Counted from the stretch's first letter, positions 29,027 through 41,284 are shown. The stretch is 64,000 nt of DNA from Octopus vulgaris (GCA_951406725.2 OX597816.1:88846001-88910000); one strand, 5' to 3'. Translations and numbers: made by a program. The notes: generated from the sequence alone by a model not told the origin.

Positions 29027-29665
29027 CATTAATGTGTGTGCGTGTACGAATGTGTGCTTCTTTTTTTTTCTTTTTTGTGTTTGTGGAGCAGTGTTACTTA
29101 TAAGACATTCTCATCAATATACTTCTTTTATTCAAATTCATTTACTTTTTTAATTGACGATTCATAGAGTTTTTCAGTAGCTCTTTATACTTTCGGGCTC
29201 TGATGCTGCTTTAAGTTCTTCATAGACTTATCTTTTCCACGAAACCATTTATTTTACGGTCATTGTGCAAAAACGTCTAATATGGCTTTATAATATATTT
29301 TCTTCCACATTCACATTAGATTGTATGTGATTGTATGTAATTAATTGCTTATCACTCCCTCTTCAGTTTAATTGCTATTTATTAGCGAAAGCCATTTATT
29401 TAATATCATTTTAATCGGATGGTTATTTATATTATTATATAGTATTTTGAGGGGTTTATTTTGTTTCGCTGTACTGGAATCACCTGGAGTCCATTACGCA
29501 AACTTTTCTCCATCAGTGAACAGTATTTCCATTTAAAACTCTTATTAGATGATATCTTCTAACGAGAACTGAATTATTTTCTCTTTTAATCTTAGTCCGT
29601 TGATTAATTAATCTATTGTCTCATTGCTTATTCGATTGATTGCATTGAGTGATTTCGGGATTGTG

Positions 29666-29702
<37 letters not shown>

Positions 29703-29814
29703 CTTGTTCATTTTCTTCTCATTTTCATGCGTCAAGTTCGAAAATGTATCATGTTATTTTTACAATCTACACACACGCATAGCTTTTACTGTATTTAAAT
29801 ACGACGCTTTCAAA

Positions 29815-30465
29815 TGCTATCTGAAACGATAGTCGGCTATTTTGGTGTTTTTTGTTGTTGGTGGTTCTCAGTGACGAGCAAGCAAACCAGCGGAGATTGT
29901 GGCTCGCTGATGTTTGTTGTTGTCACTTACAGCATGTGGCATCCATGCAACATACTTCTGAACCTTTCACATCGAGTGAAGATGCTTCTCCATAGCAGTG
30001 TGGGAGCATTCGTTTTTCTCTGCCAGTTCCCTTGTCGTTTGACGAGGATTTTCGTGCAAAATTTGGTTTAATCGCTCTTCATCGAACTCAACTGGACGGC
30101 CAGAACGAGGTGCGTTTTTGAGGTCAAAATTTCCATTTTTGAACTTGGCATACCAATCACGAGCGATTCTTTCAGCTATGGTACTCTCTCCATACGCAGC
30201 ACAAATGTCGCGAGTAGCTCTTGTAGCTTTAGAACCTTGATTAAAAGCAGATAAAATGTGTCAAAAAGCTCGTTTTTCTTAACTTGACATTCCATTTTAA
30301 TGATCTGAAAATAAACAATAATTAACTAAAATTAACTAGGAAAAAAAAATAGATTCCAAAATGATTCAAAAATACAATTCTCGAAAATAATAGATTCCAA
30401 AATTTAAAAATGCAATAAATTCCAAAATTTAAAAAAACGGCGTGAACTTAGTTGCCAACCCAATA
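29815..30465 (-). mobile_element. mariner transposon 5' half (mellifera-like TIR)
   Basis: TIR TA-TTGGGTTGGCAACTAAGTTC at ~30465-30443; frameshifted MECQVKKNE...DWYAKFKNGNFDLKNAPRSGRPVEFDEERL...AWMPH. Confidence 0.88.
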
Positions 30466-30968
30466 TATAAATTTTGTTGCCTATGTTTCTGAGGAAACAT
30501 TTAGCAAATACCTCAAATCCTTCATTTTCTTGGAAGAAGTGTTCGCGTTTTCATAACTTTTTGACGGCATGATTTTGCCCCTAAGCTCTACTTTATTTTA
30601 CTTCAGCTTTCACAGTGTCTATATTTTGTCTTTTTCATTGATTTTATAATGTCCATTTCTATGTTTTCTTATCTTTTATTATTTCAGTGAGGTTGTCTGC
30701 GGCATTTTTTTTTTATGGCTACTCAAGTGAAAACCACGCTGATTTTATGTTGGTATGTTTTCATGTTATTTTTCTCTACTTTTTCGAGTTAGTCTTATAA
30801 AATTGTTACACTTGTCTTCCGAAAGTAACAGTACATCTACAGAAATACGCACGTTCACGCTTTAAGTATGGAGCGAGCTTATGTCCCCATTCCAAATTCA
30901 TTCAATCTCACTTTCCTCTTTCAAACGTATAAGCATTTGCCAACATGGCACAATCTTCTCCAGGTAAT

Positions 30969-31009
<41 letters not shown>

Positions 31010-31061
31010 GGTGGTGGTGGTGGTGGTGGTGGTGGTGGTGGTGGTGGTGGTGGTAGTAGTG

Positions 31062-31107
<46 letters not shown>
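30969..31107. repeat. (GTA)n(GTG)n(GTA)n compound microsatellite
   Basis: Directly visible. Confidence 0.97.
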
Positions 31108-31500
31108 ATGTACATGAATTTAATGTCACTACTAACCTGCTATCCAGGAAAACAACGGCTAATTCACCCAGAGACAAATGTCAGTCAACTGTGTCTGAAG
31201 GGGTCGTAGAGATACGCCTCACGGTGTCTCACAAAGTAACAACAAAAATAACACAACTCTAACAGAATCAACCAAGCTGAGAGAGACATCACTACTACAA
31301 AAAAGAAAGAAAAAAAAACCTTCAGTAGCACCTATAACAATGACAGCAACAAAGAAAACAAGAACGGCGAGATCGAAAACAGCAGCAGCACAACGAAAAC
31401 AACAGCGACGACGACGACGGCAACAGCTATAGTAACAACAGTAAATTCAAGACAACCAGGACTACTCTTTGTACTGTAACGCAAACATGAGCTAGTATAT

Positions 31501-31950
31501 AGCTGGTAGAAACGTTAGCACGTCGGGCGAAATTCGTAGCAGTATTTCGTCTGTCGTTACGTTCCGAGTTCAAATTCCGCCGAGGTCGACTTTGCCTTTC
31601 ATCCTTTCGGGGTCGATAAATTAAGTACTAGTTACGCACTGGGGTCGATGTAATCGACTTAATCCCTTTGTCTGTCCTTGTTTGTCCCCTCTATGTTTAG
31701 CCCATTGTAGGTAGTAAAGAAATATATATTTCTTTATTGCCCACAAGGGGCTAAACATAGACGGGACAAACAAGGACAGACAAAGGGATTAAGTCGATTA
31801 CATCGATGCCAGTGCGAAACTGGTATTTTTATTTATCGACCCCGAAAGGATGAAAGGCAAAGTCGACCTCGGCGGAATTTGAACTCAGAACATAGCGGCA
31901 GACGAAATACCGCTAAGCATTTTGCCCGGCGCGCTAGCGTTTCTGCCAGG
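31501..31950. mobile_element. Tail-to-tail inverted pair of family A SINEs (31501-31724 +, 31727-31950 -)
   Basis: The two halves are near reverse complements joined at agaaatatatatttct. Confidence 0.92.
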
Positions 31951-32149
31951 GGCTAGTATAGCTTTGTAAAACTTCAACTTGAGGAACCGACACTGCTTAT
32001 GCAGGTCGGATCTGAACGTATTTCCCCAGGAAGAAAAAGAAAAAATATAAAGAAGGATGCTCATCTATAAATATACTAGCAAGAAACGAAGGTCGAAAAC
32101 CCAACTGAAGCACAAGTTGACAAATGATTTATGGAGGTGTGGGAATAAG

Positions 32150-32450
32150 AAAATAGGAAAATAATTTGGAACGGTAGAAGTCCTCTGCCTTAACGAAGTA
32201 GAGTCTATAAAAACAGCCATAGGCTCCTCTGAGGAATATGTTCCCATAGCGTCCAATTTAGGAAGACGCTTATTTAATGTGACACTAAATAATGTGTCTC
32301 CAGATATAAACTTCAAATACTTTAGGACGATTTTGGAGGAGTACGGGAAGATTATGAAAGAGAACCACCCCATGCAAAAAGTGGGCTGAATTAAAAGCTG
32401 AATTTCAGATACGGCTGACTGAAGAGAATTTACCAAATTCCTGACTCATA
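32150..32450 (+). pseudogene. Possible degraded LINE ORF1-like (RRM-type) fragment
   Basis: GRRLFNVTLNNVSPDINFKYFRTILEEYGKI resembles the V..VP.....L..YG.V motif of L1/Tx1 ORF1; stops nearby. Confidence 0.35.
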
Positions 32451-32749
32451 CGCCTGGTGATTGAAGGTCCTGTGTTAAAAGGCAGTAAGTCCAGGTGTTA
32501 CTAAAGATGCAGCACAAAGCACCAGAAGGCGTGCAAAAACAATCAAAACCCATTTGCTCCCACATAAACAACACCAAAAACTCCAACACAGGAATTTTAG
32601 ACAAGAGCACTCAAAAATGATCCTCAAATAAAAAAGAAAAAAGACACTAGAACCCAGAGAAGCGCATGTAGTTACCAGAAATGTGCAAAAAGAAAAGCAC
32701 ACAAACGCCACAAAAGTAGATTACATACTCTAAAACACCCCAATTGACA

Positions 32750-34040
32750 CACATCATGTCAAGTTTAACATGGATACCATAATCACATTATTTACTACAT
32801 TAAACCGTTTTACTCTCACTCCACAAGAATAGTAAGGAATTAAAATTCATCCTTCGAAACAACTTCTTTATTTTCCAGAAAAACACCTGCCAGAAATATC
32901 TCGAACTGGGATGGGTACAAAAGCTGCTCCAACTTAGTCATGATATTTCTAGAATTCCAGATGTATGAACAACTGAAAACAATACATCATCCTTCAAAAT
33001 CTTCTGGTCAAAAATTGACAATATTTAGATGACAGCTTTACTCTGTGAATCTACAACCGAGATGAACTCAATGATTTTAAATTCTTATTCAACAGCATTA
33101 ATAACAGTATTAAGTTCACCACGTAATTTAGCCCTCTTAGACATTTTGGTTATCAAGAATGACCCGAACACAGAAACCGACATCTACAAAGCAACTGAAT
33201 CTAAACAGTACTTACTATTTTCTTCATGCTACCCAAAACGTATCAAGTCCAATATTCCATCTAATAAAGCTAAGAGAATCCGAACAATTGTCTCTAGTCT
33301 GGATGTTCTGAATAAAAGATCCCTTGAATTAGCACAGGCATTACTTCAAAGTAAGTACCCATCCACTATAATACAAAATAGAATAGAACGTGTCAAATCA
33401 AAATACATTGAAGAATTACGAAAAGTTAAAAACTTTCAGGTACAACCAAAACTCTATCTCTAATTACAAAACACAATACAAGTAGTAGAAACATTCAGCT
33501 TCATACATCCGAACATACCGATATTGAACCAAGAGGCAATAATGAAAAACGCACTTGAATCATACAAAATAATCAAGTGCAAAAGACAACCAAAGCCCCC
33601 CCCCAATCTACTTACCAACACGAAATTACCAATTACGTACTCAACACCAGCATTGGAAAAACGTGTCCCATCTAGTTGTGGAACTTGTGAGAAACTTATT
33701 CAGGACACAATTTGTAATTTTAAATATGGACACATGTTTACTGTGAAAAACCATTTAACTTGTTCTTCAAAAAATAAAAATGTCATCGAATGCAATGGCT
33801 ATAGAGAAGACTACATTGGACAAACTAAACTCACCTTAAGCATGAGATTAAATATTCATCGTCACCAAATATGTGATCCCCAAACGAGACAAATTCCACC
33901 TATATGCGTGAAAACCAAATTTCCTAAATTTCTTGTCTCCCCAATTTTTCAACATTTAGATAATACTCCACATCAAACAAGAATTGCTAAGGAAAGTTTG
34001 TTTATTAAAAGATACAATCCACTGTTGAATAGGCTATAAA
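32750..34040 (+). mobile_element. Penelope-like element remnant (RT + C-terminal GIY-YIG), probably Neptune-like
   Basis: KFILRNNFFIF...GMGTKAAPT; LDILV...TDIYKATESKQYLLFSSCYP...IP...RIRTIVS; CGTC linker; CSSKN..VIEC...DYIGQT...RLNIHR...KESLFIKRYNPLLN. Confidence 0.88.
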
Positions 34041-34731
34041 AAAATATCTGCTAAATTCTTTTCCTATGAATTGATTACTATAGAATTTATATACTTCGGC
34101 TTGTTCTTAAGAAAATCAAAATTCATGTAGTAGCAGTCATGAATCTTCTTTACTCCACACCTCGTTATCTTGCCCCTCACCTTGTCTTAAGATGTTCAAT
34201 GGAAGCATACTAGCACTAGTTGATAACATATATCTTCCACGGAATATTAATAATTATTTATAACACTTTTATGCAATCAATTATATCACTTATTCATATC
34301 TATTGTATCTGTCAGGTGGCATATTAAATAGAGAAAAGATATTTTGTGACACTCGAGCGGACTTGCCTCATAAGCTAAATACGTGAACATTGACCAATCA
34401 ATCTGTATGTTAATGGACAGCGTTCTGAACAAAATCCTTTCTTTAAAAACAAGGTACGTAAAAACGGCTAAAATAGACTTAACTCGCAACAGTGCGCCAT
34501 ATGCTGTGCACATTTGAAAATCTAATGTGAAACCGGTAAAATGTATTTCTATATTTTAAAATATAATCTAATTGTAATAATTCTAATACTTCCTCTGTTC
34601 ATTTTCAATTTGATATTTTCTATTCCTGCATATGTTTATTCAGCCTACGAGTTATACACAAATACCAGACGAGAAATATGCAAGTAAATAACTTAAACTC
34701 CAATGGACATATTTAAGTACATATATGTATG

Positions 34732-34794
<63 letters not shown>

Positions 34795-34936
34795 AAAGGA
34801 TGTGTTATAATACAATTCCACATATACATCAGCTGCCCCACGGATATCTTTATGGTTTCGAAGCCTGGGCAGTACCATTCAATCTGATGGTGTCAATAGC
34901 CCTAACATAAGTGCTGTTTGGGAACAAATCTCTCTA

Positions 34937-34967
<31 letters not shown>

Positions 34968-35146
34968 GTATATATATATATGTACTTACATATATATATA
35001 TATATATATATATATCCACCACCACCATGACCGACCAGGCTATCAGATGTTGCTACACATCGCTGGTCACAATGCGTTTCGCATTGTTTTAGCCTTCAAA
35101 TGACGCCATCCCGCTGGCTAAGCGAGCAGGCCATATATATATATAT

Positions 35147-35492
35147 ATATAAATACAGTGTACATTTAAAGACATAAGAGGTATCCATCATAGGATACCT
35201 GGCACGCTAGAAGGAAAGGTCAAAATCTAAAATCGTATGATAGATACCTCTTATGTGTTTAAATATGTACTGTATTTATATGAATAATATCTGCTCTATT
35301 GACTAATTATTCTACACGCTAGGCCAGTGGTAGTAAAAATTTCTAAAATTTTTCTTACTCTGATATATATGTATGTATGTTCGTATGCATGCATGTATGT
35401 ATATAAATATATATATAAATACATACATATATATATACATGCATGCATACGAACATACATACATATATATCAGAGTAAGAAAAATTTTAGAA

Positions 35493-35547
<55 letters not shown>

Positions 35548-35969
35548 CAGCTGCATCGAACTCTCTGATGCACCAAATGGCAATTACTAAAAAGCATCCG
35601 TGAAGTAAAATCATGTAGCAACACCAAATGGCGGTGCCCCAGCATGGCCACAGTACGTGAGCTGAAACTAGATAAAATAAAAAATATATATATATATATA
35701 TATGCCCATATATATATATATACTGTTGTGTCTGGGGGGGGAGTCATTCTCTTTTAGTGCCTTATATTATTTAACACACTCAAGACTATTGAAAAGGTTG
35801 CAAGACGCAACGAAAATTTTAGAACATAAAAATAAGAAAGAAGTGGAAATTTTACCGGTGAGTGTGTTAAATAATAAGGCACTAAAAGAGATTGACTCTC
35901 CAGACACAACAGAATATGCTTCAACACACGAACTCCTATAAAGTATCTTACAAACCAAATCCAAAAACG

Positions 35970-36019
<50 letters not shown>

Positions 36020-36220
36020 TTAGAGACAAAACCACTATTTTGCAAATCAAACAAAGAAAGACTTAATCCAATACATAAAAAAATTTAATATAAATTAAAT
36101 AAAATTAATTCAATAAAATTAATTTTATTTAATTTATATTCAATTTTTTTATGTATTGGATTAAGTCTTTCTTTGTTTGATTTGCAAAATAGTGGTTTTG
36201 TCTCTAATTAATATTATATA
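35147..36220. repeat. Cluster of four unrelated long inverted repeats (35147-35281, 35339-35494, 35723-35912, 36005-36220)
   Basis: Arms checked by eye, ~45-100 bp each, mostly bordered by (TA)n. Confidence 0.9.
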
Positions 36221-36294
36221 ATATTTTACTATAAAATTGGATTCAACCCCAAATCTGATTTTTCCTGTAAATTTGGATTTATTCCCTAATATAT

Positions 36295-36366
<72 letters not shown>

Positions 36367-36397
36367 CATACATATATATACATATATATATATATAT

Positions 36398-37468
36398 GAA
36401 TTCCGGGTAGAGGTTGGGGTCCACCAAGGTTCAGTCCTCAGTCCCCTCCTATTTATCATAGTCCTCCAGGCAATAACGGAGGAATTCAAGACAGGATGCC
36501 CCTGGGAGCTCCTCTATGCTGATGACCTTGCTCTAATTGCTGAGTCACTATCAGAACTGGAGGAGAAGTTTCAGGTGTGGAAACAAGGATTAGAATCGAA
36601 GGGCCTTAGAATCAACCTAGCCAAAACCAAAGTCCTAATAAGTAGGAAGGTGGACCAATCACAAACGACTTCAGGTAGATGGCCCTGCTCGATCTGTAAG
36701 AAAGGTGTAGGTAGAAACTCTATAAGGTGCACCAAGTGTAAGCTATGGACACATAAGAGGTGCAGCAATGTCAAAGGAAGGCTAACTAAGAAAATAGTTT
36801 TTGTCTGTGGCAGATGCTCAGGAGCAATAAACACTGGAAATGTGCAGAGACCAACTTCTACCACGTTCCAGGGAGACAAACTAGAAGTAGTTGATAGCTT
36901 CCGCTACCTAGGAGACCAAGTCAGTAGCGGGGGTGGGTGTGCTGAAAGTGTAACTGCTAGAGTAAGAATAGCCTGGGCAAAGTTTAGAGAGCTCTTACCC
37001 CTGCTGGTGACAAAAGGCCTCTCGCTAAGAGTAAAAGGCAGACTATATGATGCGTGTGTACGTACAGCCATGCTACATGGTAGTGAAACATGGGCCGTGA
37101 CTGCTGAGGATATGCGTAAGCTTGCAAGAAATGAAGCCAGTATGCTCCGATGGATGTGTAATGTCAGTGTTCATAATCGTCAGAGTGTAAGTACTTTGAG
37201 AGAAAAGTTGAACCTAAGAAGTGTCAGTTGTGGTGTGCAAGAGAGACGGCTGCGCTGGTATGGTCATGTGACGAGAATGGCTGAAGATAGTTGTGTGCAA
37301 AAGTGCTACACCCTAGCAGTTGAGGGAACCTGTGGAAGAGGTAGACCCAGGAAAACCTGGGACGAGGTGGTGAAGCACGACCTTCGAACTTTAGGTCTCA
37401 CCAAGGAAATGACTGAAGACCGAGTCTTATGGAAGTGTGCTGTGCATGAGAGGACCCGGCAGGACTAG
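36398..37468 (+). CDS. RTE-clade LINE reverse transcriptase, C-terminal part (5'-truncated, uninterrupted frame)
   Basis: GVHQGSVLSPLLF...LLYADDL...GLRINLAKTKV...FRYLG...AMLHGSETW...RRLRWYGHV...GRGRPRKTW; in frame and without stops from 36398. Confidence 0.95.
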   Translation, partial: EFRVEVGVHQGSVLSPLLFIIVLQAITEEFKTGCPWELLYADDLALIAESLSELEEKFQVWKQGLESKGLRINLAKTKVLISRKVDQSQTTSGRWPCSICKKGVGRNSIRCTKCKLWTHKRCSNVKGRLTKKIVFVCGRCSGAINTGNVQRPTSTTFQGDKLEVVDSFRYLGDQVSSGGGCAESVTARVRIAWAKFRELLPLLVTKGLSLRVKGRLYDACVRTAMLHGSETWAVTAEDMRKLARNEASMLRWMCNVSVHNRQSVSTLREKLNLRSVSCGVQERRLRWYGHVTRMAEDSCVQKCYTLAVEGTCGRGRPRKTWDEVVKHDLRTLGLTKEMTEDRVLWKCAVHERTRQD

Positions 37469-39545
37469 TCAGGCCATATCCCGTGGCCCCTACCTGGGAC
37501 GTAGTCGATCCACCTGTGCATACCTTCCTTCTTGTGACACTTGTGAAGACCTGCTGAGGCAAGTGAAAATCAATCAAAATAGATGAACATCAATGGAATT
37601 TGTATCTTTGTGGTACCAGTGCCTGTGGCACACAAGAAAACCATCCGAACGTGGCCGTAGCCAGTACCGCATCGACTGGCCTCCGTGCTGTGGGAAGATG
37701 GTGGCACATAAAAACACCATCCGAAGACCCGGCAAGACTAGTCAGGTCATAACCCGTGGCCCCTACCTGGGACGTAGTCAGTCCACCTGTACATACCTTC
37801 CTTCTTGTGACACTTGTGAAGACCTGTTGAGGCAAGTGAAAATCAAATCAAAACAAATCAAAATAGATGAACATCAATGGAATTTGTATCTTTGTGGTAC
37901 CAGTGCCGGTGGCACACAAGAATCCATCCGAACGTGGCCGTAGTCAGTACCGCATCACTGGCCATCGTGCTGTGGGCACATAACAAACACCATCCGATCG
38001 TGGCCGTTCGCCAGCCTCATCTAGCACCTGTGTCGGTGGCACATAAAAACACCATCCGAAGACCCGGCAAGACTAGTCAGGCCATAACCCATGGCCCCTA
38101 TATGGGACGTAGTCAGTCCACCTGTGCATACCTTCCTTCTTGTGACACTTGTGAAGACCTGTTGAGGCAAGTGAAAATCAAAATCAAAACAAATCAAAAT
38201 AGATGAACATCAATGGAATCTGTATCTTTGTGGTACCAGTGCCGGTGGCACACAAGAGAACCATCCGAACGTGGCCGTAGCCAGTACCGCATCGACTGGC
38301 CTCCGTGCTGTGGGCACGTAACAAACACCATCCGATCGTGGCCGTTCGCCAGCCTCATCTAGCACCTGTGTCGGTGGCACATAAAAACACCTTCCGAAGA
38401 CCCGGCAAGACTAGTCAGTCCACCTGTGCATACCTTCCTTCTTGTGACACTTGCGAAGACCTGTTGAGGCAAGTGAAAATCAAATCAAATCCAAATAGAT
38501 GAACATCAATGGAATTTGTATCTTTGTGGTACCAGTGCCTGTGGCACACAAGAAATCCATCCGAACGTGGCCGTAGTCAGTACCGCATCGACTGGCCTCC
38601 GTGCTGTGGGCACATAACAAACACCATCCGATCATGGCCGTTCGCCAGCCTCATCTAGCACCTGTGTCGGTGGCACATAAAAACACCATCCAAAGACCCG
38701 GCAAGACTAGTCAGGCCATATCCCATGACCCCTACCTGGGACGTAGTCAGTCCACCTGTGCATACCTTCCTCCGTGACACTTGTGAAGACCTGTTGAGGC
38801 AAGTGAAAATCAAAATGAAATCAAAACAAATCAAATCAAATCAAATCAAAACAAATCAAAATAGATGAACATTAATGGAATTGTATCTTTGTGGTACCAG
38901 TGCCGGTGGCACACAAGAAAACCATCCGAACGTGGCCGTAGCCAGTACCGCACCGACTGGCCTCCGTGCTGTGGGCACGTAACAAACACCATCCGATCGT
39001 GGCCGTTCGCCAGCCTCATCTGGCACCTGTGTCGGTGGCACATAAAAACACCATCCGAAGACCCGGCAAGACTAGTCAGGCCATAACCTGTGGCCCCTAC
39101 CTGGGACGTAGTCAGTCCACCTGTGCATACCTTCCTTCTTGTGACACTTGTGAAGACCGAAGACCTGTTGAGGCAAGTGAAAATCAAAACAAATCAAAAT
39201 AGATGAACATCAATGGAATTTGTATCTTTGTGGTACCAGTGCCGGTGGCACGTGGCACACAAGAAAACCATCCGAACGTGGCCGTAGCCAGTACCGCATC
39301 GACTGGCCTCCGTGCTGTGGGCACGTAACAAACACCATCCGATCGTGGCCGTTTGCCAGCCTCATCTGGCACCTGTGTCGGTGGCACATAAAAACACCAT
39401 CCGAGCGTGGCCGTCTGCCAGCCTCGTCTGGCACCTGTGTCGGTGGCACATAAAAAACACCATCTGTGTCGGTGGCACATAAAAAACACCATCCGAGCGT
39501 GGCCGTTTGCCAGCCTCGTCTGGCACCTGTGTCGGTGGCACATAA
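37453..39545 (+). repeat. Tandem array of six ~270-365-bp units plus terminal ~55-60-bp sub-repeats
   Basis: Unit starts (gacccggca) at 37453, 37726, 38061, 38399, 38695 and 39060. Confidence 0.95.
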
Positions 39546-39736
39546 AATCACCCACTACACTCTCGGAGTGGTTGGCGTTAGGAAGGGCATCCAGCTGTAG
39601 AAACACTGCCAGATCTGACTGGACTGGTGCAGCTTTCGGGCTCCCCAGACCCCAGTTGAACCGTCCAACCCATGCTAGCATGGAAAGCGGACGTTAAAAT
39701 GATGATGATGATGATGATGATGATATATATGTGTGT

Positions 39737-40230
39737 GTGAAGTATATTTGCCATCTAAATATGGCTAACCACTAAGGGTGGATGTTACTGTAGCTTGTAG
39801 CCTCAGGCTACCCATATTTAGATGGCAAATATACTTCACGTTGTCGTGTAGTTACTGTCTATGCCTCGTTCAGAGATTTATTATTGCTTGTATACACTTT
39901 TTCAAGAACAGTGACGAAAAGCCACTGGAGAAAGGATATATGTATTTGCATTGGGACCCTTCCATCGAAAACCGGTGATTGTCGTGCGCTGATGACGAGT
40001 CAATACCTAGTCTGTGCGTATCACGTACGTCGACAATGGGAAGGGTGGCTTCCCTTTGCAAATACCGATAGGGCACAGAAAGTGTGTCAATAGCCAGCTG
40101 GAGAAGATGTACTCCTGGTGCTACAAGCTACGGTAACATCCACCCTTAGTGGTTAGCCATATTTAGATGGCAAATATACTTCACATTGTCGTACAGTTAC
40201 TGTCTATACCTCCTTCAAAGATTTATTATT

Positions 40231-40234
<4 letters not shown>
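39737..40234. repeat. Combined inverted and direct repeat element, possibly PLE pseudo-LTR derived
   Basis: 39737-39801 inverted at 40120-40184; 39812-39887 directly repeated at 40157-40232. Confidence 0.75.
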
Positions 40235-40287
<53 letters not shown>

Positions 40288-40432
40288 AATTGAGATAGGG
40301 GTTGTAAATGCAACCCTCCATGGGATATATATTTAACCCTACAGTCTCTTATGTGGTGGTTTAATAAAGTATGTGATTGAGTATTATCTGGTAATTGATA
40401 TTTGATTTAGATGTATTTCTCCATTTTCTTAT

Positions 40433-40489
<57 letters not shown>

Positions 40490-40516
40490 TATGTATATAT
40501 ATATATATATATATAT

Positions 40517-41280
40517 ATGGCAAACGGGAGGCCTTGGCTGACAGGTTCGCGGAAAACCTCCGAGACATCCGACTCGGCAATGACACACTGGTCTCGCGCC
40601 ATTTCCGCTCTACCGGTCACTCTTTGCAACACCTGTCCTTGTTCGGATTCTCCTTGCACAGGGGCCATCTGGACTCCCGTTTGCTCCGTGAACAGGGATT
40701 AATCTACTCTCTTCGCTTCTATGCGCCACATGCGCTGACCTCTCCTTCCTTCTTCATCTAACCTTCTCCCCTCGCCTCTTTCCCCCTCACACCTTCTTCC
40801 TCCCCCCACTGCTCCTCTCTTGCTCCGACTCCTGCTTCTTCTCTTCACTCCTACTCTTCTCTTCTCTTCACTCCTACCCGCCTTCTCCTTCCCCTTTCAT
40901 CGTCACTCCTCTCACGTTATCCCACCCCACCCTTACACATTCCTCCCAGCTTCCCTATCCTTCCTTATCCCGACCCACCCCATCGCTTACACAAACTCCC
41001 ACATACACCACCTCTACCCCCACCCTCCACCTACCCACATACCCCACCTCTACACCGACCCTCAGCCTAACCCACACCCACCCTTGTGTGACCCTTCTGT
41101 CCGGCATTCGCCATCATAGATCGCTAGCCACTACACATTCTTTATTTTCTCCCCTTCATTCTTTCTGTGGAAGGGCGTAGGCTCGAAACGTTATAGACTT
41201 TTTCACTTCCCGAACTTTATACAAATACATCTTTTTGTTGTCTACACCACCTGTCTTCGTCTTTTGTTTTTTTTTGTGAA
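40517..41280 (+). mobile_element. Penelope-like element 3' fragment (GIY-YIG C-terminus, pyrimidine-rich UTR, hammerhead-like motif)
   Basis: [18 protein letters not shown]...VSRHF...HSLQHL...RLLREQGLIYSL; CTGTGGA-stem-GAAACG at 41165; between (TA)n tracts. Confidence 0.8.
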
Positions 41281-41284
41281 TACT

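Larger units (their letters stand above)
36398..39724 (+). mobile_element. RTE LINE insertion with tandemly expanded 3' UTR and (GAT)n tail
   Basis: ORF, repeat array, unique terminal segment ~39545-39699 and (GAT)n tail; TA tracts on both sides. Confidence 0.9.

Noticed and set aside
37548-37570. cctg(c/t)tgaggcaagtgaaa in each RTE repeat unit as a hammerhead (retrozyme) core
   Set aside because: Lacks CUGA and has no convincing stems II/III or cleavage-site pairing
37453-39545. CRISPR-like appearance of recurring ggtggcacataaaaacaccatccga motifs
   Set aside because: The intervening sequences are themselves repeated rather than unique spacers; no cas genes; eukaryotic LINE UTR context
39989-39996. 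CTGATGA as a complete hammerhead
   Set aside because: No GAAA closes a stem II directly adjacent to the core in this copy
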